A stretch of 64,000 nucleotides of DNA, from positions 1,456 through 65,455 of the forward strand of contig JADFPI010000001.1 of NCBI GenBank assembly GCA_022562395.1, given 5' to 3'. This DNA comes from Patescibacteria group bacterium. GTDB taxonomy: Bacteria > Patescibacteriota > Microgenomatia > UBA8517. How positions within the stretch are numbered: position 1 is the first letter of the stretch; every line of letters begins with the position of its first letter. A model generated the notes under the pieces. The model did not search any database. It was not told where the DNA came from and worked only from the letters and a program-made list of their open reading frames with translations. Both the position numbers and the translations under genes were made by a program. Positions 48,054 through 56,646 of this stretch are shown one piece after another.

Positions 48054-49508
48054 ATGGGTTCAGTGCCTATTAACCTCAAACCCTTCTTTATTATTGTTAT
48101 TGGTGGCCTGCTATTTATATTCATTTCTTTATTTAAAACTTATAGCTTTACTTATGCAGCTACCCCGGAGCTTAAATGGAGCGAAGGTTTTGAAGGAAGC
48201 AAGACCGGGGGTACTCATAGTAGCGGTTGTGGAAATCAAGAATATATTAAAGGGAACCCCGGACTGGCTCATTCTGGTGGGGGAGTTCACATGTCCGAAG
48301 CTACTCAAGATCCGTGTAGTTCCGCGATTCGCTATTACCCAACTTGGGATGGCAACATCCCGCTTCCAGTTCTGGTGATGTTTTGGATGAAAACAGATGT
48401 TCCGGGTTACCCGGGAATATCAAAAACCCAAGCTTATAAAATCATTGGTGGGGATAGATTCAGCCCTTTGACGGTTAAAGAGCGGACCGATAAGGGGAAA
48501 AGTTATCAGTGCGTCGCCAGTGTTTGCAATGGTGGCTTTCGTGCAGGTAAATCTTGCTCAAAAAATGGTGAATGTCCCAATAATGCCCTTCTAATGACTA
48601 CTCACATTCGCAGTGATGGGACCTTTGATATTGGCCACGTTCTAATGACCTTCCGCTCCACCAGTATCAAAGCTCCAATTAATGAGTGGTTTTTGCACAG
48701 TGCCTATATTGAAAATGTTGGTAGTGGTTCAAACTTAAAAACTTGGGTGACTATTTATATGAATGAAAAGGAAGTCTCCCGTGGTTACACTTACGAAACA
48801 GAAAATAAACCTTGGACCGGAGCAGCCAAGCATTGGCACATGGGTTGGTATGGTGACCGAAATGGCAATAGTGGACCTTTTAAAATCTACAACGACGATA
48901 TGAAATTTTACGATGTATCGAGCCAGAATGAGGCTGAATCGATTATTGCCAATGAGATTGGTGGAAGCCCGCCGCCGACCTCGCCACCCGGTACGCCAAC
49001 GCCGACGAAAAAACCGACATCTACTCCAGGTGTACCAACGCCTACTCCAACAACTCCGTCCGACCCAAGTGCTAAGTTTAAGATTGGTGATCGAGTCGAA
49101 ACAACGGAAACGGCCAATGTCAGAGAAAGTCCAGGAGAAGGATTAATTGGTACTCAACCTCCTGGTGTTTCCGGAACAGTCGTTGGTGGTCCAGGATTGG
49201 GTGTAGGAGGTGATCATTGGTGGTGGGTGATTGACTACGACACAGGGACTGACGGCTGGAGCCGAGAAGACCTGCTCAAAAAAATAGCGTCAGCTCCATC
49301 TCCTACACTAACTTCAACGCGGACGCCTACACCTTCCCCGAGTATTCCCGGAGATTTGGATAACGACAACGATGTAGATATTTTCGACTACAATACACTT
49401 TTAGAGAATTTTGGAAATACAAACTGCGGAAATGTAGCCGACATCGACGGAAATTGCAAAGTAGATATCTTTGACTACAATATCCTTTTGGAGAACTTTG
49501 GTTTATGA
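48054..49508 (+). CDS. secreted jelly-roll (ConA-like) domain protein + SH3b-like domain + C-terminal dockerin-like module
   Basis: Signal-anchor; PT-rich linkers; SH3b-like KFKIGDRVETTETANVRESPGEGLIGTQPPGVSGTVVGGP...WWWVIDYDTGTDGWSREDLL; dockerin. Confidence 0.7.
   Translation: MGSVPINLKPFFIIVIGGLLFIFISLFKTYSFTYAATPELKWSEGFEGSKTGGTHSSGCGNQEYIKGNPGLAHSGGGVHMSEATQDPCSSAIRYYPTWDGNIPLPVLVMFWMKTDVPGYPGISKTQAYKIIGGDRFSPLTVKERTDKGKSYQCVASVCNGGFRAGKSCSKNGECPNNALLMTTHIRSDGTFDIGHVLMTFRSTSIKAPINEWFLHSAYIENVGSGSNLKTWVTIYMNEKEVSRGYTYETENKPWTGAAKHWHMGWYGDRNGNSGPFKIYNDDMKFYDVSSQNEAESIIANEIGGSPPPTSPPGTPTPTKKPTSTPGVPTPTPTTPSDPSAKFKIGDRVETTETANVRESPGEGLIGTQPPGVSGTVVGGPGLGVGGDHWWWVIDYDTGTDGWSREDLLKKIASAPSPTLTSTRTPTPSPSIPGDLDNDNDVDIFDYNTLLENFGNTNCGNVADIDGNCKVDIFDYNILLENFGL
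49350..49505 (+). repeat. dockerin-like module 3 (approx.)
   Basis: PGDLDNDNDVDIFDYNTLLENFGNTNCGNVADIDGNCKVDIFDYNILLENFG. Confidence 0.75.
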
Positions 49509-50887
49509 CAAAAGTACGTTTACTATTGGCAGTTTTGGCTTTTCTAACCAGTGCTTTTATTAGTCTCTCTGCTCCGGCAGGATCGTTAGCCGCAAAACTT
49601 ATTTTCAATAGCGGTTTTGAAGCGGATTCTCAGATTACAGGGGGATACGCGGATATATCAGGCACAGATCGTTCTGTTTCGTCTCCCAATAATTGGGATA
49701 ATGCCTGGGATTTTCATTTCAATTACAACGGGGGTAACGGTAGCACAAGGAAGGCTGAGATCGTAGACGATCCAGCAGGAGGGAATAACAAAGTACTTCG
49801 TTTATGGTTGAGGGATGCATATGGTGGCTCGGTACGCTCAACTTCGCGAATCCGACGGCTAGGCAGGACGGAGTGGTTCAGCCGAAGGAGAGTCTATGTA
49901 GACCCGGATTTCTTGTTACTCTCGAATTATACAGGATCCTCAAGGGTCATGTTTGAGGAGATCAAAGTTACACAAACCAAGACGAGTCCAAGCTTTCGCA
50001 TTACCGCGGCCTGGGGTGATATAGCCCGAGGGGTGTCTTGGGATATTGAGGCCGAAGACTTGAGAGCTTCTGGTCCAGCATTTTGGACTTGTACGTCAAG
50101 AACTAGCGTTCCAATCGGCGAGTGGTTTACGCTTGAGACATATTACAGGGCGGGAGACGCGAAAAACGGCCGCTATGTCCTTACCTTCCAAAGGGACGGC
50201 GGGTCTAAACAGACGATTTGTGACGTAACCAACTGGACGTATCATCCCGACATGGGGCCATCCTCTCCATGGACCTACAATCCCATGAAACTCTATATGT
50301 CTCGAGGAGATGACGTGGATTGGATTCGAAACAACGGCGGGGTAGCGCAACTCTATTTTGACGACTGGGAGGTGTGGTCTACAATGCCGGATGGAGAAAT
50401 CCCACCTTTAACTTCAACTTTAAAACCGACCCCTACTATTAGTAAGATCCCCGGAGGAAAATTTAAAGTAGGCGATCGGGTGGAAGTGACTGTTACAGCC
50501 AATGTGAAGTTGACCGCAGGACAAGGATTAAGAGGTACTCAGCCTCCGGGTGCAAGGGGAACCGTCCTTGGCGGACCCGAGATTGGGATAGGAGGTCAGA
50601 ATTGGTGGTGGGAGATTGATTATGATTCTTGGCCTGATGGTTGGAGCCGAGAAGATTTACTTGAAAAGGTTGGTGGTCCAACCTCAACGCCGACACCAAC
50701 TCCTGCAAAAGTTCCAGTTCCTGGCGATATAGATGGCGATGGTGATGTTGATATTTTTGACTACAACATTCTTGTCGCAGAGTTTGGAAGTACAGATTGC
50801 GGCAGAGTGGCAGATATTAATGGCGATTGTAAAGTTGATATTTTTGACTACAATTCTCTGGTTGAAAATTTTGGGAGAACAGTATGA
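49505..50887 (+). CDS. secreted polysaccharide-lyase/glycanase-like jelly-roll protein (PL7-like YYRAG motif) + SH3b-like domain + dockerin-like module
   Basis: Signal peptide. RTEWFSRRRVY and YYRAGDAKNGRYVLTFQ resemble the PL7 RxELR / YFKAG motifs (weak). SH3b-like KFKVGDRVEVTVTANVKLTAGQGLRG...; dockerin. Confidence 0.65.
   Translation: MTKVRLLLAVLAFLTSAFISLSAPAGSLAAKLIFNSGFEADSQITGGYADISGTDRSVSSPNNWDNAWDFHFNYNGGNGSTRKAEIVDDPAGGNNKVLRLWLRDAYGGSVRSTSRIRRLGRTEWFSRRRVYVDPDFLLLSNYTGSSRVMFEEIKVTQTKTSPSFRITAAWGDIARGVSWDIEAEDLRASGPAFWTCTSRTSVPIGEWFTLETYYRAGDAKNGRYVLTFQRDGGSKQTICDVTNWTYHPDMGPSSPWTYNPMKLYMSRGDDVDWIRNNGGVAQLYFDDWEVWSTMPDGEIPPLTSTLKPTPTISKIPGGKFKVGDRVEVTVTANVKLTAGQGLRGTQPPGARGTVLGGPEIGIGGQNWWWEIDYDSWPDGWSREDLLEKVGGPTSTPTPTPAKVPVPGDIDGDGDVDIFDYNILVAEFGSTDCGRVADINGDCKVDIFDYNSLVENFGRTV
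50723..50884 (+). repeat. dockerin-like module 4 (approx.)
   Basis: PGDIDGDGDVDIFDYNILVAEFGSTDCGRVADINGDCKVDIFDYNSLVENFG. Confidence 0.75.
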
Positions 50888-52357
50888 GGAAACTTTTTTT
50901 CGCCTCCTTCTTAACTATATTTATCCTTGCACTTCACTTAAATAAAGTAGACGCACAGACTGTATGTAATGTCGGCAGTGCGACTGGCAATGATACCCAA
51001 AAAATTCAAAATGCTATTGATTCCTGTGCTGGGGGTGGCGAGGCAAAGTTAAGTTCGGGCGAGACTTATACTGCGGGGACAATTGTGCTTAAAAGTGGAG
51101 TAACGCTCAATTTAAATAGCTCAACCATTCAGGCCTCTGATAACGAGAATGACTTTATTTCTTGTAAAGAGGGAAGCACTCGAAATTTTTTCATATGCAC
51201 GAGGGCCAAAACGGACAGTGTGGTCATTACTGGACCGGGGGCTTTAACTAAGACTCCGGGGAGCAAGGTTGACCATTCAATGGTGGAATTTTGGAACTCG
51301 AGCAACTTAACCGTAAGGAACTTAACTATTGATACTACCATGGCAGACAAAACGGTTAGTGGTTTTCACCTGAACACCGCTGCCAGCAATAATATTTTGT
51401 TTGAGAGCATTACTGTGCGCGGTGGTCGGGCAGGAGGACAGGTATGGGGCAACGATGGTATCCACCTCCAGGGTTCACAGAACGTTACTGTCAGAAATTG
51501 CGATATTAGTACCCACGATGACGGAATTCCTATCCCCGCTTCATCAGGTGAAGGGGCGCGGAACGTGTTAGTTGAGGATTGTGTTGTATCAAGCGACTCT
51601 AGCGCACTTAAGTTCGGTACGGGCTCCAGTGATAAATGGGACGGTATAACATTCAGGAACATAACGATAAAGAACACTAACGTTGCAATTGGCTTTGCTG
51701 TTTATGATGGAGGTGAGGTAAGCAATGTAATCTACGACAATATAACTGTTGAGTCAGATGTAAAAGTATTGTTTGCCTGCGGCGGCGGCGCTGCAGGCTT
51801 AGGTGGCATGAAAGACTGTGCCGGGCCGGTGGATAGGGACGGAGACGGAGTTAAAGAGACTCCCGGGGGATATATTCATGATGTAACTTTTCAAAACTTC
51901 GAAATCTTCGGCGGCGGCAGTTCGACATCGCACGGTGAAGCTTCGCTAAATACAATGGATAGAGTGACTTTGAAAAATATTAATTTCCACGAAGGTTCTG
52001 GAACGGCCCCGCTGGCATGGTTCAGGGATATATGTGGGCTTTCAATTTCTGGTTTCACCTCGCACTTAACAGGCGACCCGACTAAGGATATGCAAATTGA
52101 TTCGAAGTGTTACCAATTTAAGGCTGGATGGCGGTACGCCAAACTGTGGGGGTGCCGGTTCTACTCCCACTCCTACTTCCAAACCTCCTCTTACAGGAGA
52201 TTTAGACGGCGATAACGATGTTGATATTTTTGACTACAATATCCTTGTTACAAATTTCGGACAGGCTGGGGAAAACCTAGCAGACATTGATGGTAACGGC
52301 GATGTAGATGTCTTTGACTACAACATACTTCTTGAGAATTTTGGTAAGATACCGTAG
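50884..52357 (+). pseudogene. second GH28-like beta-helix + dockerin gene, split by a +1 frameshift near 52104-52110 (track ORFs 50884..52215 and 52097..52357)
   Basis: Paralog of 46536..48023. Frame 1 ends DMQIDSKCYQ.... Frame 2 continues SVTNLRLDGGTPNCGG...dockerin, matching the paralog's SVTNVRYDGGAPVCGG. This is a real pseudogene or a homopolymer error. Confidence 0.6.
52199..52354 (+). repeat. dockerin-like module 5 (lacks the Cys pair: QAGENLADIDGNGDVDVFDYNILLENFG)
   Basis: GDLDGDNDVDIFDYNILVTNFG...ADIDGNGDVDVFDYNILLENFG. Confidence 0.7.
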
Positions 52358-52464
52358 AACGGTTTGTCCATCAGGAATCATCCTCTTGCCACAAAATACT
52401 TTTCCATCATTCGTTTATCTTGAGAAAGAGGTGTTTAAGAGTGTAGAGTCTAAGAGAGGGCAAA

Positions 52465-54480
52465 ATGAAATTTAGCCGTAATTTACTTCCTTTTTTTCTT
52501 GCCGTCTTTTTCCTATCGAGCCTCTTTCCTTTTAGAGCACTAGCCCAGACCGGAGGAGTAGGAGCTGATGGCAAAACCTTTGAAGAGCGCAAAAAAGACT
52601 GGCTTAACTTTGTTCCACAGCCAAGCTCTGAGATGGACATGACGACGCGTCGACGCTACCTTTTTAGTTGGCTAGAGAAGGGTATATATAACAATGTTGT
52701 TTCCGAGTCAATTCAAGACTTTGTCGGTGGTTATTGGCTGGGTGGTATCAGGGCCCAGGGTGGATATGCGGTTATGATATTAAAAAAATATGGCCAGAAG
52801 GGTTCAGGGCTAATTAGCTCAAATGACGAGAGCAAAATCAAGAACAGGTATAGGCGCTCGATAGAAAACAGCGGTTTTTTCGGACATCTCAATCCAAACA
52901 AGCAGGTATATGCAATGGTTGGGACATATCTTTATACACATTACTACGAGAATAGCTTGCAGTTTCCAGTTTACGGTTACCCCACGTCCCAAGACCCAAG
53001 CAATTTACCCTCCTACTACCAAGATCAGTGGCCGACCTTTTCCTATGGCGGGCGTACCTACAAGTTCGGAAGCGGACCATACAATGCCCAGCAACTTTCA
53101 AGGGACTGGTTGCTGTGGGCTTTTGATAAATGGTATGTTGGCAAATCTCCTTCTAAGGGGCCTCGTGAGTTTGATTCCATCGACTATGCTCGAGCCTTTC
53201 CTGGCGCGACTGCTTTGCTTTGGAGTCTTGCACCCAACTCTGACCAAGCAATTAAGACTCGTGCCAAGATGGCGACGGACCTGCTTCTTCTTGACTCGGT
53301 TCTCGATTTCTCGGCCAATTCATGGGGTGGAACTATGAGCCGCGCAGATTACTACTGGATGGGTCGCTCTCCAATTTTTCCAATGCACATCTATTGGGGA
53401 ATGGGAGAAGACACCGACAGGTTTGACGTGCGTGTTCTCTACCAGGTTGGGTATGTCCCTCCTGATGTAATAATTGACGCTGGGGTTCTAACCGACGAGG
53501 CTGATAACTATTGGTACTGGCACACAGAACATCAGGCTAATGGGTTACTTAATCAGTGGGAGTTTGGCAAATGGAACTTTGTTACCAAAAATTACAATAT
53601 TGGCTCGAATGTAGGATGGGGAAAGAGGGGTTGGCAGGTTAATGTAAAAGGTCCTGGAAGAAAAGCGTTTATCAGATTATGGGTTAATCAGGATGACACA
53701 GAGCCTGTGTCAACCAGCGAAGGCAGCCATATGGGCAACAAAGGGAGGCAGTTTCGTAATGCAATTTTTGCAGATGTTGGCTCTCAACCCTTTTTGTGGG
53801 AAAAAAGAGTTAAGACTGATTGGGACAAAGATGAAATTGATAGCGGGATACAATGCTCAAATGTCGCCTCAAGCACCTGGCGCTGTAGCGGTAGCGGATG
53901 GATTTTTAGAAAGAAAGATAAATCCATGGTGGCCATTTCTCTTGGCGCAAAAACCGCCTCAGCCGAGGTGGCAACAGAAGGTGTAGAGTATTCTAATTGG
54001 AATGCTTTCAAAGGCGCAGTAAGGGCAAACGCTTCTTTAACAACAGGCTCTTACACGACATCTCAAGGTTCAACTATTGGTAAAGAGGACTATTGTGGCC
54101 TAAATGCACCCGGAGATTGCCAGTTTCCCTTTGAGCGAATGAACACACAAGACTTTCGAGGAAATAAGATTGTTGAATGGCTCGCTGGTGACAAAATGAG
54201 AGTTTCTCTTCGTGGTAAAACTTGCACTTACGACTTTAGTAAATGGACTTATTCAGGAAGCTGTGGGGAGAAAGTCCCTGGCCCAACAGATACTCCAACT
54301 CCTACGCCATCCAAAGTAGAAGGCGACCTTGATGGTGACGGTGATGTTGATATTTTTGATTACAACTTTTTGATTGAGAACTTTGGCGATGCTAAGTGTG
54401 GTAATGAAGCAGATATAGACGGAAATTGCAAGGTAGACATATTTGATTACAATATTCTGGTAGAGAATTTCGGTAAATGA
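52465..54480 (+). CDS. secreted protein of unknown function (about 600-aa N-terminal domain) with a C-terminal dockerin-like module
   Basis: Signal peptide, PT linker and dockerin EGDLDGDGDVDIFDYNFLIENFGDAKCGNEADIDGNCKVDIFDYNILVENFG. Confidence 0.7.
   Translation: MKFSRNLLPFFLAVFFLSSLFPFRALAQTGGVGADGKTFEERKKDWLNFVPQPSSEMDMTTRRRYLFSWLEKGIYNNVVSESIQDFVGGYWLGGIRAQGGYAVMILKKYGQKGSGLISSNDESKIKNRYRRSIENSGFFGHLNPNKQVYAMVGTYLYTHYYENSLQFPVYGYPTSQDPSNLPSYYQDQWPTFSYGGRTYKFGSGPYNAQQLSRDWLLWAFDKWYVGKSPSKGPREFDSIDYARAFPGATALLWSLAPNSDQAIKTRAKMATDLLLLDSVLDFSANSWGGTMSRADYYWMGRSPIFPMHIYWGMGEDTDRFDVRVLYQVGYVPPDVIIDAGVLTDEADNYWYWHTEHQANGLLNQWEFGKWNFVTKNYNIGSNVGWGKRGWQVNVKGPGRKAFIRLWVNQDDTEPVSTSEGSHMGNKGRQFRNAIFADVGSQPFLWEKRVKTDWDKDEIDSGIQCSNVASSTWRCSGSGWIFRKKDKSMVAISLGAKTASAEVATEGVEYSNWNAFKGAVRANASLTTGSYTTSQGSTIGKEDYCGLNAPGDCQFPFERMNTQDFRGNKIVEWLAGDKMRVSLRGKTCTYDFSKWTYSGSCGEKVPGPTDTPTPTPSKVEGDLDGDGDVDIFDYNFLIENFGDAKCGNEADIDGNCKVDIFDYNILVENFGK
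54322..54477 (+). repeat. dockerin-like module 6 (approx.)
   Basis: See the CDS. Confidence 0.75.
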
Positions 54481-54560
54481 TTATGGCCCTAATTCATAGC
54501 TTGCCCTGAGCTTGTCGAAGGGTTGAAAACTTTGGTAAAAATTAGCCGTTACTTTAACAG

Positions 54561-54592
54561 TTGACAAAACTAGCGCTTTTCATGACTATAAA
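54561..54592 (+). promoter_or_regulatory. Candidate promoter (TTGACA ... CTATAAAT) for the cohesin operon
   Basis: TTGACA at 54561-54566. The -10 is either GACTAT with a 17-nt spacer or TATAAA with a 20-nt spacer. Confidence 0.35.
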
Positions 54593-54634
54593 TACAGTTA
54601 TCTTATTTGGATTTGCAGTCTTAAAGATATTCGT

Positions 54635-54676
54635 ACCCGCCTGCAAAAGCTATCGCTTAAGCGATTGCGGGCAGGT
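54635..54676. promoter_or_regulatory. Nested inverted repeat with a perfect 14-bp palindrome ATCGCTTAAGCGAT (operator-like) upstream of the cohesin operon
   Basis: Palindrome at 54652-54665, flanked by imperfect arms ACCCGCCTGCAA / TTGCGGGCAGGT. Confidence 0.5.
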
Positions 54677-54776
54677 ATACCCAAAATGTTATTTTTAAAA
54701 CTGTAAACTAAAGTATTTTGAGTATATAGGGGTTGAGGAGACCTCAAATTTCGCATACAATTAAAAAGGACGATTA

Positions 54777-55991
54777 ATGCCAGACACAAGTTCAAATTCG
54801 GGGGAGGGTTTATCAAGATTGCTTTCTAGTAAAAAAGACTTATCCCCATTGGTTTTGGTTTTTATTCTTCTTCTCGGTATAGTAGTCGGAGTTTTTTTGA
54901 TTCAGTTCAGGCAAGAGCTTCGAAGGCGCGCAGCGGTAGCCGGAGTGGATTTCTCGCTTGTTCCCAGTAAAACCACCGTTTCTCCAAATGAGAAGTTTAC
55001 GGTAGATATTGTGATGAATACTAACGAATTTAGCGTCTCGGCTACAGAAATCCACGTTGCCTTTGACGCAAATTATCTTGAGGCTGAAAGTATTCAAGAA
55101 AGCGGCTTTTTGCCGGTTGTTTTGCCGCCTGGGCCACAAGTTGGCAGTGGTACGGCCTCAATTATTTTAGGAAGCTTGCCTTCTGACCCAAAGAAGGGAA
55201 CTGGTACGGTAGCCACGATTAATTTCAAGGCGCTTAAAGCATCAGGTGGGCCAACCGAGATTCGCTTTGATTCAGGCACTCAAACTGCCGCACTTGGAAA
55301 TGCCGGGGATGTAACCAGAAATCTCAGCCCAACCAGCGTAACTGTTCAAGGTGTGGTTGCTCCAACTCCGACGAAAACGCCAACGCCGACAAAGAAACCA
55401 ACAGCAACTCCTACGTCCAAACCTGCGCCGACTTCTACTCCCACTCCCAAAGCAACGGCTACTCCAACTCCTTTGCCAACTCCGACTCCTCTACCGAGCC
55501 CAACACCGGGTAAAGCAAACCTTGAGTTTAAAGTGAAATTCCAGGGAATTTCCTCTCAAAAATCGGCTAGGCTAGTAAGAGTGATGTTAATGCAAGGGGG
55601 AAGTGAAGTGTATAGGTTTGACGACGTTAGTGTAACCGCTGACCAATCTGGAGTTTACCTGGGTTCAGTTGGAAATATCACGCCAGGTACATACGACGTT
55701 TATATTAAAGGCCCGATTCATCTGCAAAAGAGATTTACCAGTATTTCCATCTCATCGGGTTCAAATAGCCAAGATTGGTCTGGAGTGACTCTTAAAGCGG
55801 GCGACTTTGACGCCAATAACGTTTTGAACATTATCGACATTGCGGGCATGTTGGCGGAGTACACTGCACTTTCTGTCCCTGCCAATCAGTCAAATCAAAA
55901 GTTCGACATCGACGCAAATGGTGTTATAAATATTATTGACGTAGCTTTGGTTTTGACAAACTATACAGCGTTGGAGGTACCAGGAGACTAA
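54777..55991 (+). CDS. membrane-anchored adaptor scaffoldin-like protein: N-terminal TM, cohesin-like domain, PT linker, beta-sandwich domain, C-terminal dockerin of a second sequence type
   Basis: TM LVLVFILLLGIVVGVFLI. Cohesin-like FSLVPSKTTVSPNEKFTVDIVMNTNEFSVSATEIHVAFDANYLE...GTVATINFKALKASGGPTEIRFD. (TPTP)n linker. Dockerin DFDANNVLNIIDIAGML...DIDANGVINIIDVALVLTNY. Confidence 0.7.
   Translation: MPDTSSNSGEGLSRLLSSKKDLSPLVLVFILLLGIVVGVFLIQFRQELRRRAAVAGVDFSLVPSKTTVSPNEKFTVDIVMNTNEFSVSATEIHVAFDANYLEAESIQESGFLPVVLPPGPQVGSGTASIILGSLPSDPKKGTGTVATINFKALKASGGPTEIRFDSGTQTAALGNAGDVTRNLSPTSVTVQGVVAPTPTKTPTPTKKPTATPTSKPAPTSTPTPKATATPTPLPTPTPLPSPTPGKANLEFKVKFQGISSQKSARLVRVMLMQGGSEVYRFDDVSVTADQSGVYLGSVGNITPGTYDVYIKGPIHLQKRFTSISISSGSNSQDWSGVTLKAGDFDANNVLNIIDIAGMLAEYTALSVPANQSNQKFDIDANGVINIIDVALVLTNYTALEVPGD
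54939..55347 (+). repeat. cohesin-like domain 1 (approx.)
   Basis: See the CDS. Confidence 0.6.
55800..55988 (+). repeat. type-2 dockerin-like module (DxDANxVxNIIDxAxxL x2)
   Basis: Its sequence differs from the six enzyme dockerins. Confidence 0.65.
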
Positions 55992-56597
55992 ATGAAAAAC
56001 CTGTCCCAAAAAAATAGGTTGCTGCTTGCTTTCGTAATTGGAGGTGTAGGGATATTAATTGGAGTTTCCTTGGGCAATTATTTTGTAAAGGGAAGAGGCC
56101 CGAGTCCAACGCCCGAGGTTACAACAGCGCCTTCAAAAAGTAGGGCAACCCTTTCTTTCTATCCCGAGGAAACAGAGGTTGACGTGGGTGATGAATTTAG
56201 CGTTGAGATTAGGCTAAATGCTGAAGGCTTAGTTCTTTCCGGATTAGCGGTAAGGATGGTTTACGAATACGAGGGCGATTTGCCGCTTGAGCCCCAGGAT
56301 GTAAAGATGAGAGTCAATCCAGCGCTAGCTGGAATGGATTGGGTGTTTCCAGTAAATACGATAGAGGTTGATGAGAGGAACAAAAGAGTCGTCGCAGAGC
56401 TGGCCGCAGTCAATTTAAACCCCGGAGGATATCCGGCCGAAGGCTCAGTCACTTTTGCGACTATTGATTTTAATGCTGAAAGCTCAAGCAGTAACGACTT
56501 GGCCTTTACTTTTGACGCTGAAAACACGAAATTACTTACCAAAGATGGACGAGAGGTGGAGATAGAACTAGTCGAGAGGCTGTACAGCGTAGATTAA
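55992..56597 (+). CDS. membrane-anchored cohesin-like domain protein (201 aa)
   Basis: N-terminal TM LLLAFVIGGVGILIGVSL. Cohesin-like LSFYPEETEVDVGDEFSVEIRLNAEGLVLSGLAVRMVYEYEGDL...GSVTFATIDFNAESS. Its start abuts the stop of the previous gene. Confidence 0.65.
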   Translation: MKNLSQKNRLLLAFVIGGVGILIGVSLGNYFVKGRGPSPTPEVTTAPSKSRATLSFYPEETEVDVGDEFSVEIRLNAEGLVLSGLAVRMVYEYEGDLPLEPQDVKMRVNPALAGMDWVFPVNTIEVDERNKRVVAELAAVNLNPGGYPAEGSVTFATIDFNAESSSSNDLAFTFDAENTKLLTKDGREVEIELVERLYSVD

Positions 56598-56646
56598 AAT
56601 TACGCAGTTGACGGGTCGCAACATTCGTCTCTATGATTAAAATACT

